NCBI RefSeq assembly: GCF_022539665.2
Contig: NC_081331.1
Span: 5,022,001 to 5,086,000, forward strand
Direction: 5' to 3'
Length of the DNA: 64,000 bases
Origin: Daphnia carinata
Taxonomy: Eukaryota
Below the pieces are notes generated by a model that was not told the DNA's origin, did not search any database, and was given only the letters and a program-made list of their open reading frames with translations. The translations under genes were made by a program, and so were the position numbers. Below, in pieces: positions 40,428-50,887 of the stretch. The stretch's first letter is position 1. Every line of letters begins with the position of its first letter.

Positions 40428-43400
40428 TTAAATGGAGTAGAAGTTATTGGGTGTCGAATCCAAATCTTCCATGTCTCCAGGATCTCCTACACTCTTTGCC
40501 GCGATCGCTATTCAGTGACCAATGCATTATAAATTAACGTACTAAGATATAACGTAAAGAAAGGTACTCTCTTTTAATGTGTATAACTGTTGTGAATCTA
40601 ACCTGTTGATTTATTTGAATGTTGCATTAGTTTGTCGAACGAAACAATTTTCATGGGCAACAGCGCTATGGTGATAAAGCTCTGTGTGTGTGATCCCATC
40701 AGCCTTTTAATAGACGGCGGAGTTAGCGGTGATAGACGGTTCATGACGATCAAATCTCTTTCAGGCGGATTTTCAATGGTTCGATGTTCTTGATGAGACT
40801 GCGGATCAGGCTGGCAGTGATTCAAGTTTGATCCGCCATTTTTTACTATTGGCCCTCGGCTGCAAAATAAATCCATAGTGTTTAATGTGGGCGTACATAC
40901 AGAAGAGCAGTGCATGATCTTGGTTATTGATTGACAGTAAAACTAGGTCAAGTTTGCAATTGGCTATCCGTTATTGGCTAAGATTCAATTACAATGTTTC
41001 TTTTGACGGGAAGCGTACGTGGGTAAACTGTCTGGTCTATATGCCATTTACATAAGGCGCTGAATTACAATCGTTTAACAAAGTGAATAACATCTTAATG
41101 AACATGTCAACGATCTGAAGGCCATTGCGGAAGGTCTTTGAATAAGATAGTCAGGATTTAATCTGTTCACTAATTTTGTTATGGATTCTACAACATAGAA
41201 GTATTTGTACATGCTATAGTGTAAAGTTAGGCTCATATGCCTCATTATGAGCTTTACGAAAAAGATTTCCGTGGGCGTTATTTGACGAACTATGAGAAAT
41301 ATTAACTTACTTAAAGTATTGTCGAGTGATCATCCTTTTTTTATAATTTCTTTTATGGCAGATGATTGAAACTATCGGATACGAAAAAAAAGTACTTTTT
41401 TAAGCCCGACTTTTTAAGCCCGACTTTTCGCACTAAAAAGGTCGGCATTTGAGTTTGACGTGAAATTCCAGTTAAATCTAATCTGCTACAAATAAAATTA
41501 AACGCGGATTCTAAATATCTTTTTCATTTTCTATTTGATAATGTAGTTCCTGAATAAAACGCAATCGAAGTTGGTTTTAACGGAACCACTTTGAATCAAG
41601 ATAACTAAAAATCTATAAGCCTCAAATCAAAATGAAGTAAATTTTCGTGATCCTCGTTCAATTTCCCATCTAAATTATGTGTTTTTATAGCTATAACTAG
41701 GTTTTTTAAAAAATATTTAAAAGTCGGGCTTATTTTTTAAACCGTGAAAAAAAAATGGCCTGAAATTCAGTGAAACCTACCCCGTTATAACCAATTTTTG
41801 ACGCTGATTTCGAATAAAATATTAGTTTTCCCGTCAATCATATAGTTTTGCAATAATTCGCAATCAAAAGGGGTTTTAACCCCAACCACTTTGAATTCAA
41901 ATAATTCATTGACTAATTAATCCCACGTCAAAATAAACTTGATTTTCGACATTGCTGTTAAATTTTAATTGTAAATTATTATTTATTTAAGGTATATTCA
42001 ACAAAAAAAAATGATTAACCCAGCTTTTTGAACGAAATGGCGTTCCGCAAAAAGTCCCATTAAAGCAACGTAAATACTTTATGGCCAGCACAGACGGAAA
42101 GGCCTATGTAATTCGATTACTGGCGCGGTCGTTACGCTCCAATTGCCCCTAGCACATTCATGGGGTCTGATAGTTTTTTCTAATTGTCGTTCAAGTGGCT
42201 CGACCTGGATCTATAAGGTGTTGACCTTGTATTACCCAGCTGATTTTTCAAAGTACAAAAAAAAAACAAAAGAAGAAGTCACCTCAGGCCATTAGGACAA
42301 ACGCCCCTTCAGACCTTTTTCAGCTTTCAAAGTGACAACATGTCGTCTTCTTCTAGTATTTCGTCGAGTATTTCAAGATCCGATTCCGACTCGAGGGCAG
42401 CAAGCTACCGTCATCGCAGCTTGCGCGGTTACCCACGGGCCGAGAAAGGAAAGAGGGACGTGGAACGAGAGTTGGACCGTCGGGGAAGACGCCGAGACCG
42501 AAGCGAGAGTCGCAGTCGCTCGCGTAGCCGATCGATCGTACGTGGTCGAGAGATCTCAGCTGGCTTGACGCACCGTCGCAATCGTTACCGAAACCGGAGT
42601 CCCTCATCCGATCACGCCCGCAGTAGCAGCCGCTCGGTCGATCGCTCTCGCAACCAACGCAAAGTGACAGCCCCGCCTGAGAGGATCGAGTCGGATTTGG
42701 AAGTAGGAAGTGCCGGAAACCTTTCCCGTGCTCAGGAGCAAGAACCCCTTCTCCCGAAGGGCTTTCAGCTCGACAAAGCTCGTTCCAAGGAGCTTCGAAG
42801 CTGGATGACTTCAACTCTAAAACCGGCGGAGTCCAGGCAGCTACGAGAGAATTTCGTGCCTTGCTTTGAAAAAAGTTCCTTCGACTTGCAGGTCCCGAAG
42901 CTGGACCCTTCGATGGCACGTAGACTCAAGGAAGTAAGAGGAGGGGAAGCTAGCAAGGCGGAGGCTAAAGAGAAGGCCCTCGTGGCCTCTCAGTATAAAA
43001 TTTTAGATATTGCCAAACCGCTGCTGTATTTGTGGGGAAGCGCCACTTCTGATGCAGCCGCTATCGACCCGCTTCTTGTCAGCGCAGCAGAATCAGCTCT
43101 GCAGTTATGGGGCCATGCCTTCCACAATATCACGGCCCAGAGGAGAGAAAATGTGCTGCGCCAGACTGACCCCCGGTTCGAATCCTTGCTATCCGAATCG
43201 GGTCGATTTAAACCAAAAGAATGTGCACTTCTTTTCGGCCGTACTTTCCTCAGGAGTATGGTTAGAGACGCTTCGGATGACCAAAAACTTAAATCTCTAG
43301 GTCAACCTGGGGGAAGGCGGTCGAATCCCGCTTCGTCCTATAGGCCCAGCAGAACCAGCGGTTTCAAACGTGGCTCGAGGAGCGGGAGATCAGGATCCGG

Positions 43401-46400
43401 ATTTAACTTGCAAGGCAGCTTCAACAAACGAGGCTCGAAACCCAGCTCGTACAACCGCGGTTCCAGGTTAGTTTCTCCGGTTGTATATACTTTATCAACT
43501 ACTGTGTCGCCGCCGATATCAGGTAACGTTGTTGGGGGGAGGGTGCGAGATTTCGCTTCCTTTTGGCTATCGCTTACAGCCGATAGGTGGATTCTGGATT
43601 CGGTTTCTTTAGGAGTAAAGATTCCCTTTATCAATTTACCGTCTCAGTCTACCACCGGTGTTAATATGCGTTTCAGTCCAGAAACGAGGGCAACCTGTGA
43701 GGCGGAGGTAACATCCCTTTTGGCAAAAGGAGCCGTGGAAAGGATCCCGTTAGATTACATGGGCTTTGTGAGCGGTATTTTTGTTATTCCTAAAAGCTCG
43801 GGCGGTTATAGACCGATTATTAATTTAAAAAACCTTAATAAATTTGTGCAACAGTTTCATTTTAAAATGGAAGGCGTAAGTGTGATGAAAGGATTGATAA
43901 GGAAGGGAGACTTTTTTACGAAGATCGATCTCCAAGACGCGTACCTTACCGTTCCCATCCACCCAGACCACAAAAAGTTTTTGCAATTTATGTGGGAAGG
44001 GTCGCTTTTCCAGTTTTCTTGCCTTTGCTTCGGGCTTTCGTCTGCCCCTTGGACATTCACTAAAATTTTGAAACCGGTGGCGGCTTTTTTGAGGAGAAAA
44101 GGAATTAGGATTGTAGTTTATTTAGATGATTTTCTTATATTGAATCAGTCCAAGGAGGGGGCGGAGCGCGATTTTGTTTTGGCGGTAGAATTGCTACAGA
44201 AATGTGGGTTTTTGGTCAATTGGGAAAAATCGCTAAGCACGGCCGAGCAGGTGCGAGAATTTTTAGGCCTCGTGGTGGACTCAAACAAATTAGCTCTCTC
44301 CCTCCTACCCAAAAAGGTGCGTCAGATTGTTGAGATGTGTCGCAAGGCTAGCGCCGCTAGCTCCGTCTCTTTGAGAGAGCTGGCGAAGATTTTGGGTAAT
44401 CTAGCCTGGGCAATACAAGCGATTCCCTTTGCCCAGGGCCACTACAGGTGTGTCCAAAGACAGTTTTTGAAGGAATCGGCACGATTCAAGGGGGATTTAG
44501 CGGCAGAAATTAGATTGGACGAAGAATCGATTTCTGATCTAGATTGGTGGGCGTCCAATGTGGAAAGATCCAACGGTAGACCGCTTTCGACTCTAGAGCC
44601 CGACTTAATCATTTTTTCAGACGCGTCCCGCTCAGGGTGGGGCGCAGTCTTGAACGACGCCACAGCGAAAGGGCCATGGACAGAGCATGACCGATACCGC
44701 CACATCAACGAGCTAGAGCTGATGGCGGCCCTTTATGCTCTGAAATCCTTTACAGAACTAGCTTCACGGGTATCGGTGCGGTTGATGATGGACAACATCA
44801 CGGCGGTTCACTATGTGAACAAGTCAGGCGGCTCGAGGTCTGAGGGCTTATGTCGAATAAGTGCGCAGATCGTGGCGTGGTGTGAGCCGCGCGCGATCAC
44901 TATTAACGCTGTGTATCTTCCCGGTGCGCAAAATGTAATTGCAGATCGGCTATCAAGAGCGCCTCTGGACTCGAGCGATTGGAAACTCAACCCGAAATTG
45001 TTCAACAACCTGAGAGCTCGCTGGAGCCTAAGGGTAGACCTGTTCGCTTCGGCTTGGAACAGCCAGCTAGGACAGTTTGTCAGCTGGGGCCGTCAGCCGG
45101 GCGCACTGACGGTAGACGCGTTCACCATCGGCTGGGCCGGTATAGACGCATACGCATTCCCGCCGTTTTGTCTGATTCAGAGGTGTCTGATGAAGATAAT
45201 GAAGGAGCGGGCGGAGCTGACATTAGTGACTCCACATTGGCCAGCCCAACCATGGTTCCCGTCGCTATTGGAACTGGCTTGCGAGCCGGCGGTGATTCTT
45301 CCGAAAGAGAAGCTGCTGTGGGGACCGATGGGCCAGCTACACCCGCTGTCGGAGTCACTGCTGCTAATCGCCTGGAGATTGTCAGGGGACGACTTGAAGG
45401 CAGCGGACTTTCGGACGGCGTGGTCGAGCTTCTCTTGGGGGGAGCCCGTAGGACCACATCAGCTACTTACCAGTCGGCATGGAAAAGTTGGCACAGTTGG
45501 TGTGTTCGAGAAGACGTTGATCCCGTGTCTCCACCTCTAGCTAAGGTATTACAATTCTTATCATCGTTGGTAGACGAAGGGAAAGCGTATAGGACGATAA
45601 ATGTCGCCCGTTCGATGCTATCTTCGACGTTGGGCAGGATCGACGACGTCGACATCGGCAAACACCCTCTCGTGGTGAAGCTCATGAAGGGAGCGTATAA
45701 CCGGAAACCCCCGAGCCCAAAGTATACAGGATTTTGGGATGTAAATCTCGTGGTAAACTACTTAATATCTTTAGGGCCTAACAGCGAGCTGTCGTTTTCA
45801 GGTTTGTCGAAGAAATTGGCCGTCCTATTAGCCCTCTCAACTCTATGCAGAGTGTCTGAGCTGGCTAGCATCGTCAAGGATTCTATCGCAATCGAAGATA
45901 ATCAAGTAAGGTTCGCCTTAACCAAACCAAGAAAGTCGCAACGAGCTTCCCCGCTACAAGTCCTCTCGTTAAGGAGATTGCAACCCGTTACGCTGGCTTG
46001 TCCAGTTGAGACGCTAAAGGACTACATTTCAGCGTCTGAAGGGTTTCGCGTAGGAAAGAAATCGAACTTGCTGCTGTTGGCGCTACGTCCTCCTCACTGT
46101 TCAATAGGCGCCTCAACGGTAGCGCGGTGGATAAAGTCGGTTTTGTCTGAGGCGGGGGTGGACACGGCTGTCTATTCCGCCCATTCGACGAGGGGTGCTT
46201 CCGCGTCTAACGCGGTTGGTTTGGGAGTACCAACGGATGTTATTTTATCCGCTGGGTGCTGGAATTCGGAATCGACGTTCACGCGTTTTTACCGTCGCCC
46301 GGCTGCGGACGCATCGGTAGCGAATGCGTGGCAGGGAATCTGTTAGGCTCTCGGTCCAGGGTTTGTGCTTTGAAGTCACCTTATAGATCCAGGTCGAGCC

Positions 46401-49400
46401 ACTTGAACGACAATTAGATAATTGTTCGAGGTCGCTAACTAGCGACTGATGGACAATTGAGATTGTCGTACAAGTGGCGAGACCTGGATCTATAGTAATT
46501 TCCCACCCACCGTCCCAACCAGCTCTCTAATGCTTTTTCTCTCTCTCTTTTCATTTATAGTTTCCGGAGAGGAAATGGTGGAAGTGGCAGAAACCAGCCA
46601 TCGTCCACTTAGGCATCAGACTGGTCAACCAATTTAGACCGAATTCCTGCAAGTTGATTACATGGATTGTGTTTATTCCTTCCTTATTTTGAAAGCCTCA
46701 TAGGTCTGAAGGGGCGTTTGTCCTAATGGCCTGAGGTGACTTCTGCTTTTGTTTTTTTTTTTTGTACTTTGAAAAATCAGCTGGGTAATACAAGGTCAAC
46801 ACCTTATAGATCCAGGTCTCGCCACTTGTACGACAATCTCAATTGTCCATCAGTCGCTAGTTAGCGACCTCGAACAATTATCTAATTACATGCGCTGACA
46901 CATTTAGCAAACGTTAAAAGACGTGAGGTGGTCAGCAGTTACGAAAAAGGTAGCAAAGGACGAATGTATGACTAGTCAAGTTCTTACAAGTAGAATCGAT
47001 TAAGAAATTTTACTTTTTATTGACAGGAGCTCGACGTCTCAACATTTCAACGGGTTCCGAACTGTTCCGTAGGTTTCTCCCGGTTGGACGAAAGAGATTT
47101 GCGACCGATTGGCGGATGTTGCGTGACAAAACGCAATAAAGAAGCGGATTGATTGCAGAATTAGCGTGACCCAGCCACAAACTGAAGGAATGAACCTATT
47201 AAATTTTAGATGGCTTCAGTACAATCTCCATTATGTATTATGCAAAAGGTAAAGACCATCAACAGGTGGGGTGCCGCTTTATCCATTTCTTTTAATTGGT
47301 CGTTCTCCATCGTGTCGAGGAACAGCTGCGTCAGGCTGTAGGGCATCCAACAAACGGCAAACACGACCGCTATAATCAAGAGAGTACGAGCTACACGACG
47401 GCGGCAGTTCAGCAATCGAGAATCCCTGTTCAGGATTATTTCACCTCCTAATGTTTTTTTAAATTATTAAATCAATCACTAAACGACAGCCAATTATATT
47501 TTAAAAAGCAAAAATCGGAATTCCTTACCATCGTGATTGTTGGTCAGGATGCTGGGCGTGCACAATTTGCACCCCATACGGACGTAAGCAGTGACAACTA
47601 GCAAGACGGGCAGGACGTAGGTGGCGACAAACAAAAAAATACTGTACGCTATTTTGTTCCAGTTTTCTTCCCAGCCTTGTTCGCAGACCTTGCAAATAAC
47701 GAGTTCACTTTTTTCTCCGCGAAGAGTGATTGTCTCTTCGTGTTGGACGACAAGAACGGGCACAAAGACGAGGCTAGCTACCACCCAAATAGAAAGAATG
47801 ACGCACCGTGCTACGCGTTTGTTGAAAAATTGTCGAAAGACGATCGGGTGACGAATGGCAAAGTATCTGCATAATTTTAGAATGAGATTTTCAAAAGAAA
47901 TTATAGATGGTAATGATACACACAGCCAAATGAATTGAGACCTAATTTTCCCAGCTTACCGGTCTATGCTCATGGCTAGAATGGAAAACATGCTGGAACT
48001 GGCAGCCACTCCTGCGTTTCAATATATTAATCCGGTTCTTTAGCAACGTGACAACTTGGGTGGGATTCACAATTAAGCTTTTTCTTTCTGCTTCGTTTTA
48101 AGGCGACATATAACAAGTATAAACGTTGATTTCGGCCAAAAAAAAAAAAAAAAAAAAAAAAGGAAAGCTCTGAAAATAAATTGAAAATCTCCAGCAAAGT
48201 CCACGACTGAAGTGCCCAGTATTCTTATTGAAAATTTACATATGACTTTTAGCTTCGTGTTTGCTGGACGTGACCCCCTACTGCCCAGCGACCCAAACTT
48301 GGACTACAAGCCAAAGAGTGCACATACAAATCAGACAAATTCAAGTATCCACAATGTTCTTTTGCGCAGTTGTCAAGTATAGCTCGCGAAAGAAGGCGTA
48401 AATAAAGAAATTATTTCTTTTATGTTTACCTTGGAGATAGGTGGCAAACTTGCACATAAAAAGCCCGTAGAACCAAATAACCGTAATGTTTTGCGACATG
48501 GCCATTGGCATGCAAATCAACGTCACCAGAAGATCTGCCACCGACAAGTTGACCAGAAAATAATTGGTGACACTACATTTCACAGCAAAAGAAAACAATA
48601 AAAATTAGTTTTATGGCGAGTGCTTACAGACTGATGTTTTCCTTCAAAGAAATTAATGACGAGCTATGTCAAATTTTGCAAATAACTTTCCAGGTAGCTG
48701 ACTCCGCCACGCGCAACAGACATTGAAACCAAAAATTTACCTAACGAAATAAGCCAATGCGTCTCGAATTGCCATTTTATTATTTGGATTGTTTGGGTTG
48801 ATTGAAGGTCGAATAGACAGACGGGTTACGTTGGTAACCGTTGACATATACCCTTCCCAATATAGACTCTGTCGTCTTTGTATCAGCCACCGATCACCAC
48901 ACAAACGTCTGACGAAAAGAAAAAGGATGTAGAGTCTTATGGCGTCTTGTATTGAAGATAACCGTCGATCGGCAAAGCCTCCGATTCAAAAAAGCTTTGT
49001 AGTTTTTTTTTTTTATCTCGAATTCGAGTTCTGTTCCCTTTCATTAGCGGCAAGTTGATTGCAGGGGGGAAACCGAGAAGCAACTCCATTTTAAGTATTC
49101 AAGCATAACCAGCAGGCACTTTAAGAAGAAAATGTGTGAGTAGAGGAAAATTATTCGAATAAAACTTGGAGAAGTTACGGCCATGACCCGAACACCTTTT
49201 TCGACCAAAATCAACATATGCGGCACCAATTGAATTCGTTGCCGGAAAAAAAAATGTTTGTTTTTATCCACTTCAACGATTTCTCTCTGAATTTCGTGTC
49301 TTTCCCAACTCTTTCAACCGACTATAAACGGTTGCTTCTTCAGCTGTAGCTGAGGCTGCAGAGTGGAGAAATGTGTATTGCTACACGGGGCACCGCATCG

Positions 49401-50887
49401 TGAATTCACGATGCGCTCGTCGATTTATATGTCCTGCATCTCGCCGGATCTTTACGATTGACTTTAATTAGTCGCTAAAGGCGAGGAGGAGCCAATGGCA
49501 CAGCCAGTTTGAAAGGAAGTACCTTCGAATGGCCATCACGTTTCTTCCACTTCTAAGCATTTGGTACCGTGCGCTCAACAGTCAATTAGTTTTATTCAAA
49601 ATAAACCGTAAAAATTCTTTTTTAGTTGAGAATTTTGCCTTGACATGTCCAAGCCATTGACAAATTCTTTCAAGTCAAGGCAGTCGATCCACATAGAGTG
49701 ACAGAGATGAATTGAAAACGTTTAATGATTTTCATAGAATCAACATAAGACAAAAGAAAAGAAACCTAAAAGGGGGCAAAGGATTCTACGTTGATCCGGT
49801 AATAGTGGCTGAATAAAGAAATTCTTCTCAGTTGGTGAGCTGTTGTTCTAACGCAATTGGCTACAATTCTTTGGTCACATAATTGGCACGGGTCCGGGCT
49901 ACGTGACTGTCCAGCAACGGTACACTTCGCTGACCGCTATGGCCCGTTTCATCTCTTTTCTCTTTTCTTTCTTGGTATTCTAAACGTACACGATGGCGAG
50001 TTCAGTTGTACTTTTAGAGTATTTCATTCCTTCACCTTGTACAAGTTCCGCAAATTTATTGCTCATAACACCTGACAAATACCAACTTCAAAATATATAG
50101 TTATAGCTTTTGGTTTTTATTTGTGTTTACATCGAGCTATTTTTCTAGCCTATCACTACCTTGCCAGTGGTCAAGGATTTAACAGACTAGAAAAACAAAA
50201 AGATAGCGGACTGGGGTATACTCGTATCCGCAATATAAATACGGATCAGTTCGTTCGCACGAGAAACGTAAGTGTTGCAGTCACGAACCGACTGTTATCG
50301 GCAGATGCAGCACGTATGGGATAATGTCTACATGCATACATGGAATATCTTCGACCACTGTGAAAGATGTAGGTTCACTTGGATGAAACCATTGGCAGAA
50401 AGTTTGGTCAGCGCAAATTTGAGAGTGTTTTTTGGAAGCCAAAGCTGTTGGATAGATAAGGTCATGACGAGGAGATAAGAAATTGCTTTCCAATCCTGTT
50501 GGTTTGTTTTTGGCTTCTAACCCCAAACCATTGATGGAAACAGCGTGACATTTGAAACTGACTGGACCTATCTATTTCATTTCGCAACCGACATCGATTG
50601 TACCTGTTATTCACTGTCTCAAGAGAAATCATGGAAAATCATTTAAACGTGCTCAACCTGTGAAGATGCTGATAACGAAAGATGACGACAATGACAAGAA
50701 GATTGGTAACAGCAGCTACCAAGAAAACGATGCAATAAAGAGCGAGGACGATTAACTTTGACGGCTCGTGAAGATAATAAAACGCACTAATCACTGCGCC
50801 TCTGTATTCATCCGTGGTCACTGTCCCATAGCCCTCAATCACTACTGATCCATTTTCAAGCAGCTGTCCTTGCAACGTATGGCCCAT
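40428..50887 (-). CDS. Rhodopsin-class neuropeptide GPCR (orexin/allatotropin/SIFamide-receptor-like); multi-exon, with the DIRS element in a predicted 3' intron
   Basis: TM1 exon from ATG 50887 (NGS sequon, TNLLVIVVI); TM2 SVTNYFLVNLSVADLLV; TM3 AMSIDR-YFAIRHP; TM4-5 47494-47860; TM6 VFAVCWMPY; TM7 LWLGHANSAINPLLY. Three phase-consistent tail exons at 41059-40993, 40918-40603 and 40507-40428 are less certain. An alternative stop lies at 47010-47012. Confidence 0.85.
41390..41990. repeat. AT-rich region with internal direct and inverted repeats; possible non-autonomous DNA transposon remnant
   Basis: TAAGCCCGACTTTT twice in tandem (41401-41428) with an inverted copy AAAAGTCGGGCTTA (about 41719-41732). 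Diverged direct repeat beginning AACCACTTTGAAT at about 41584 and 41884 (300 nt spacing). Confidence 0.45.
42181..42316 (+). repeat. DIRS left inverted terminal repeat
   Basis: taattgtcgttcaagtggctcgacctggatctataaggtg..acgccccttcagacct is the near-perfect reverse complement of 46702-46837. Confidence 0.95.
42340..45540 (+). CDS. DIRS polyprotein: Gag + reverse transcriptase + RNase H + Dam-like methyltransferase domain (1066 aa)
   Basis: RS-rich N-terminus and Gag-like region; RT motifs IFVIPKSSGGYRPIINLK, KIDLQDAY, LCFGLSSAPWTF, VYLDD; RNase H FSDASRSGWG, HINELEL, MDN, NVIADRLSR; MT-like VDLFAS..DAF..YAFPPF..WPAQPWF. Confidence 0.96.
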   Translation: MSSSSSISSSISRSDSDSRAASYRHRSLRGYPRAEKGKRDVERELDRRGRRRDRSESRSRSRSRSIVRGREISAGLTHRRNRYRNRSPSSDHARSSSRSVDRSRNQRKVTAPPERIESDLEVGSAGNLSRAQEQEPLLPKGFQLDKARSKELRSWMTSTLKPAESRQLRENFVPCFEKSSFDLQVPKLDPSMARRLKEVRGGEASKAEAKEKALVASQYKILDIAKPLLYLWGSATSDAAAIDPLLVSAAESALQLWGHAFHNITAQRRENVLRQTDPRFESLLSESGRFKPKECALLFGRTFLRSMVRDASDDQKLKSLGQPGGRRSNPASSYRPSRTSGFKRGSRSGRSGSGFNLQGSFNKRGSKPSSYNRGSRLVSPVVYTLSTTVSPPISGNVVGGRVRDFASFWLSLTADRWILDSVSLGVKIPFINLPSQSTTGVNMRFSPETRATCEAEVTSLLAKGAVERIPLDYMGFVSGIFVIPKSSGGYRPIINLKNLNKFVQQFHFKMEGVSVMKGLIRKGDFFTKIDLQDAYLTVPIHPDHKKFLQFMWEGSLFQFSCLCFGLSSAPWTFTKILKPVAAFLRRKGIRIVVYLDDFLILNQSKEGAERDFVLAVELLQKCGFLVNWEKSLSTAEQVREFLGLVVDSNKLALSLLPKKVRQIVEMCRKASAASSVSLRELAKILGNLAWAIQAIPFAQGHYRCVQRQFLKESARFKGDLAAEIRLDEESISDLDWWASNVERSNGRPLSTLEPDLIIFSDASRSGWGAVLNDATAKGPWTEHDRYRHINELELMAALYALKSFTELASRVSVRLMMDNITAVHYVNKSGGSRSEGLCRISAQIVAWCEPRAITINAVYLPGAQNVIADRLSRAPLDSSDWKLNPKLFNNLRARWSLRVDLFASAWNSQLGQFVSWGRQPGALTVDAFTIGWAGIDAYAFPPFCLIQRCLMKIMKERAELTLVTPHWPAQPWFPSLLELACEPAVILPKEKLLWGPMGQLHPLSESLLLIAWRLSGDDLKAADFRTAWSSFSWGEPVGPHQLLTSRHGKVGTVGVFEKTLIPCLHL
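45252..46346 (+). CDS. DIRS tyrosine recombinase; frame open from 44979, first ATG at 45252, overlapping pol in another frame
   Basis: Core-binding region (TYQSAWKSWHSWC, YRTINVARSMLS) and catalytic residues CRVSEL, KPRK, HSTR, GCW, FTRFY; also CPVETLKDY and STVARWIK. Confidence 0.95.
   Translation: MVPVAIGTGLRAGGDSSEREAAVGTDGPATPAVGVTAANRLEIVRGRLEGSGLSDGVVELLLGGARRTTSATYQSAWKSWHSWCVREDVDPVSPPLAKVLQFLSSLVDEGKAYRTINVARSMLSSTLGRIDDVDIGKHPLVVKLMKGAYNRKPPSPKYTGFWDVNLVVNYLISLGPNSELSFSGLSKKLAVLLALSTLCRVSELASIVKDSIAIEDNQVRFALTKPRKSQRASPLQVLSLRRLQPVTLACPVETLKDYISASEGFRVGKKSNLLLLALRPPHCSIGASTVARWIKSVLSEAGVDTAVYSAHSTRGASASNAVGLGVPTDVILSAGCWNSESTFTRFYRRPAADASVANAWQGIC
46377..46494 (+). repeat. DIRS internal complementary region (ICR)
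   Basis: 46377-46418 is the exact reverse complement of the left end (42179-42220). 46412-46494 is the exact reverse complement of the right end (46805-46887). Confidence 0.95.
46561..46612 (+). CDS. Predicted second (terminal) gag exon of the DIRS element
   Basis: Preceded by CTAAT, a long pyrimidine tract and TAG at 46558-46560. In phase with donor CAG|GTTAGT at 43466/43467. Encodes (S)FRRGNGGSGRNQPSST-stop. Confidence 0.65.
46702..46887 (+). repeat. DIRS right inverted terminal repeat plus right extension
   Basis: 46702-46837 mirrors the left ITR with a few mismatches. 46838-46887 is an extension containing the hairpin GTCGCTA-GT-TAGCGAC. Confidence 0.95.

Larger units (their letters stand above)
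42179..46887 (+). mobile_element. Full-length DIRS1-type tyrosine-recombinase retrotransposon
   Basis: Inverted terminal repeats, right-end extension, ICR complementary to both termini, uninterrupted gag-RT-RH-MT and YR ORFs, visibly higher GC than the flanks. Confidence 0.97.

Noticed and set aside
42353..45685. Minus-strand ORFs inside the DIRS element (42353-42919, 45122-45457 and others)
   Set aside because: Antisense to GC-rich coding sequence with no recognisable motifs.
42179..46887. LTR retrotransposon, prophage or bacterial contamination as the source of RT plus integrase
   Set aside because: Repeats are inverted with an ICR, there is no protease or DDE integrase, and the flanks are continuous host intron. 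This is the DIRS pattern.
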